DNA of 64,000 nucleotides from Chamaesiphon sp. (lineage in GTDB: Bacteria; Cyanobacteriota; Cyanobacteriia; Cyanobacteriales; Chamaesiphonaceae), in contig CBDFFH010000036.1 of NCBI GenBank assembly GCA_965246715.1, positions 96,001 through 160,000 on the forward strand. Reading direction: 5' to 3'. Below, in pieces: positions 63,775 to 64,000 of this stretch (the stretch's first letter is position 1; the number at the start of each line of letters is the position of its first letter). The notes beneath the pieces are model-generated. The model did not search any database, was not told the DNA's origin, and saw nothing but the letters and a program-made list of their open reading frames with translations. The position numbers were made by a program, and so were the translations under genes.

Positions 63775-64000
63775 TTTTTTTATCGTTGGCGTAGCCTACC
63801 GGAGGTAATCGCTAGTTACAGTAAGGAGCTTCTTGGGCGGATTTTTCATAATGTTACAATATGTTAAAAAATTCAGCAGATCCACCTTAAATAGGATGAT
63901 AGGTGGAAATTTTATGCTTTGCGTACGGAATATGCTGAATTTTTCAGTCTATCTACCCGAATTTAGGTGGATAGGCGGAAAGTTTCCGCCTAATAATAGT

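Noticed and set aside
1..64000. CRISPR array
   Set aside because: No regularly spaced identical repeats with unique spacers; the recurrent 22-25-mers are dispersed insertions.

Overview
Accessory, heavily rearranged region of a cyanobacterial genome. CGATCG/GCGATCGC (HIP1-type) palindromes are very dense, and the 6-mer CGATCG dominates, which suggests a Chamaesiphon-like host (inference). In order the window holds: a 5'-truncated type I restriction helicase; detox/resistance-like genes and a foreign archaeal/eukaryotic-type ProRS (2-10 kb); two orphan Rhs toxin-immunity modules (a PD-(D/E)xK nuclease tip and a deaminase tip) bracketed by two copies of a 294-bp Tn3-type MITE (10-22 kb); IS-riddled pseudogenes (22-33 kb); the 3' half of tRNA-Thr(GGT), a probable att site, followed by decayed topA/recD2 (33-39 kb); a BON/ferrochelatase-like/ZIP cluster (39-48 kb); a TA-rich block with four copies of an uncharacterised small-protein + retropepsin-like protease pair (48-58 kb); a PLD nuclease, a phytochrome hybrid kinase and a mazEF-like pair. 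The two strongest signals are (1) about 20 copies of a 22-25-nt twin-hairpin mini-element inserted at CGAT^CG, with empty paralogous sites visible in the window, stem covariation and nesting, and (2) the repeated, diversified small-protein/aspartic-protease two-gene module that is organised like a toxin-antitoxin system. All family calls come from motif recognition only; no searches were run.
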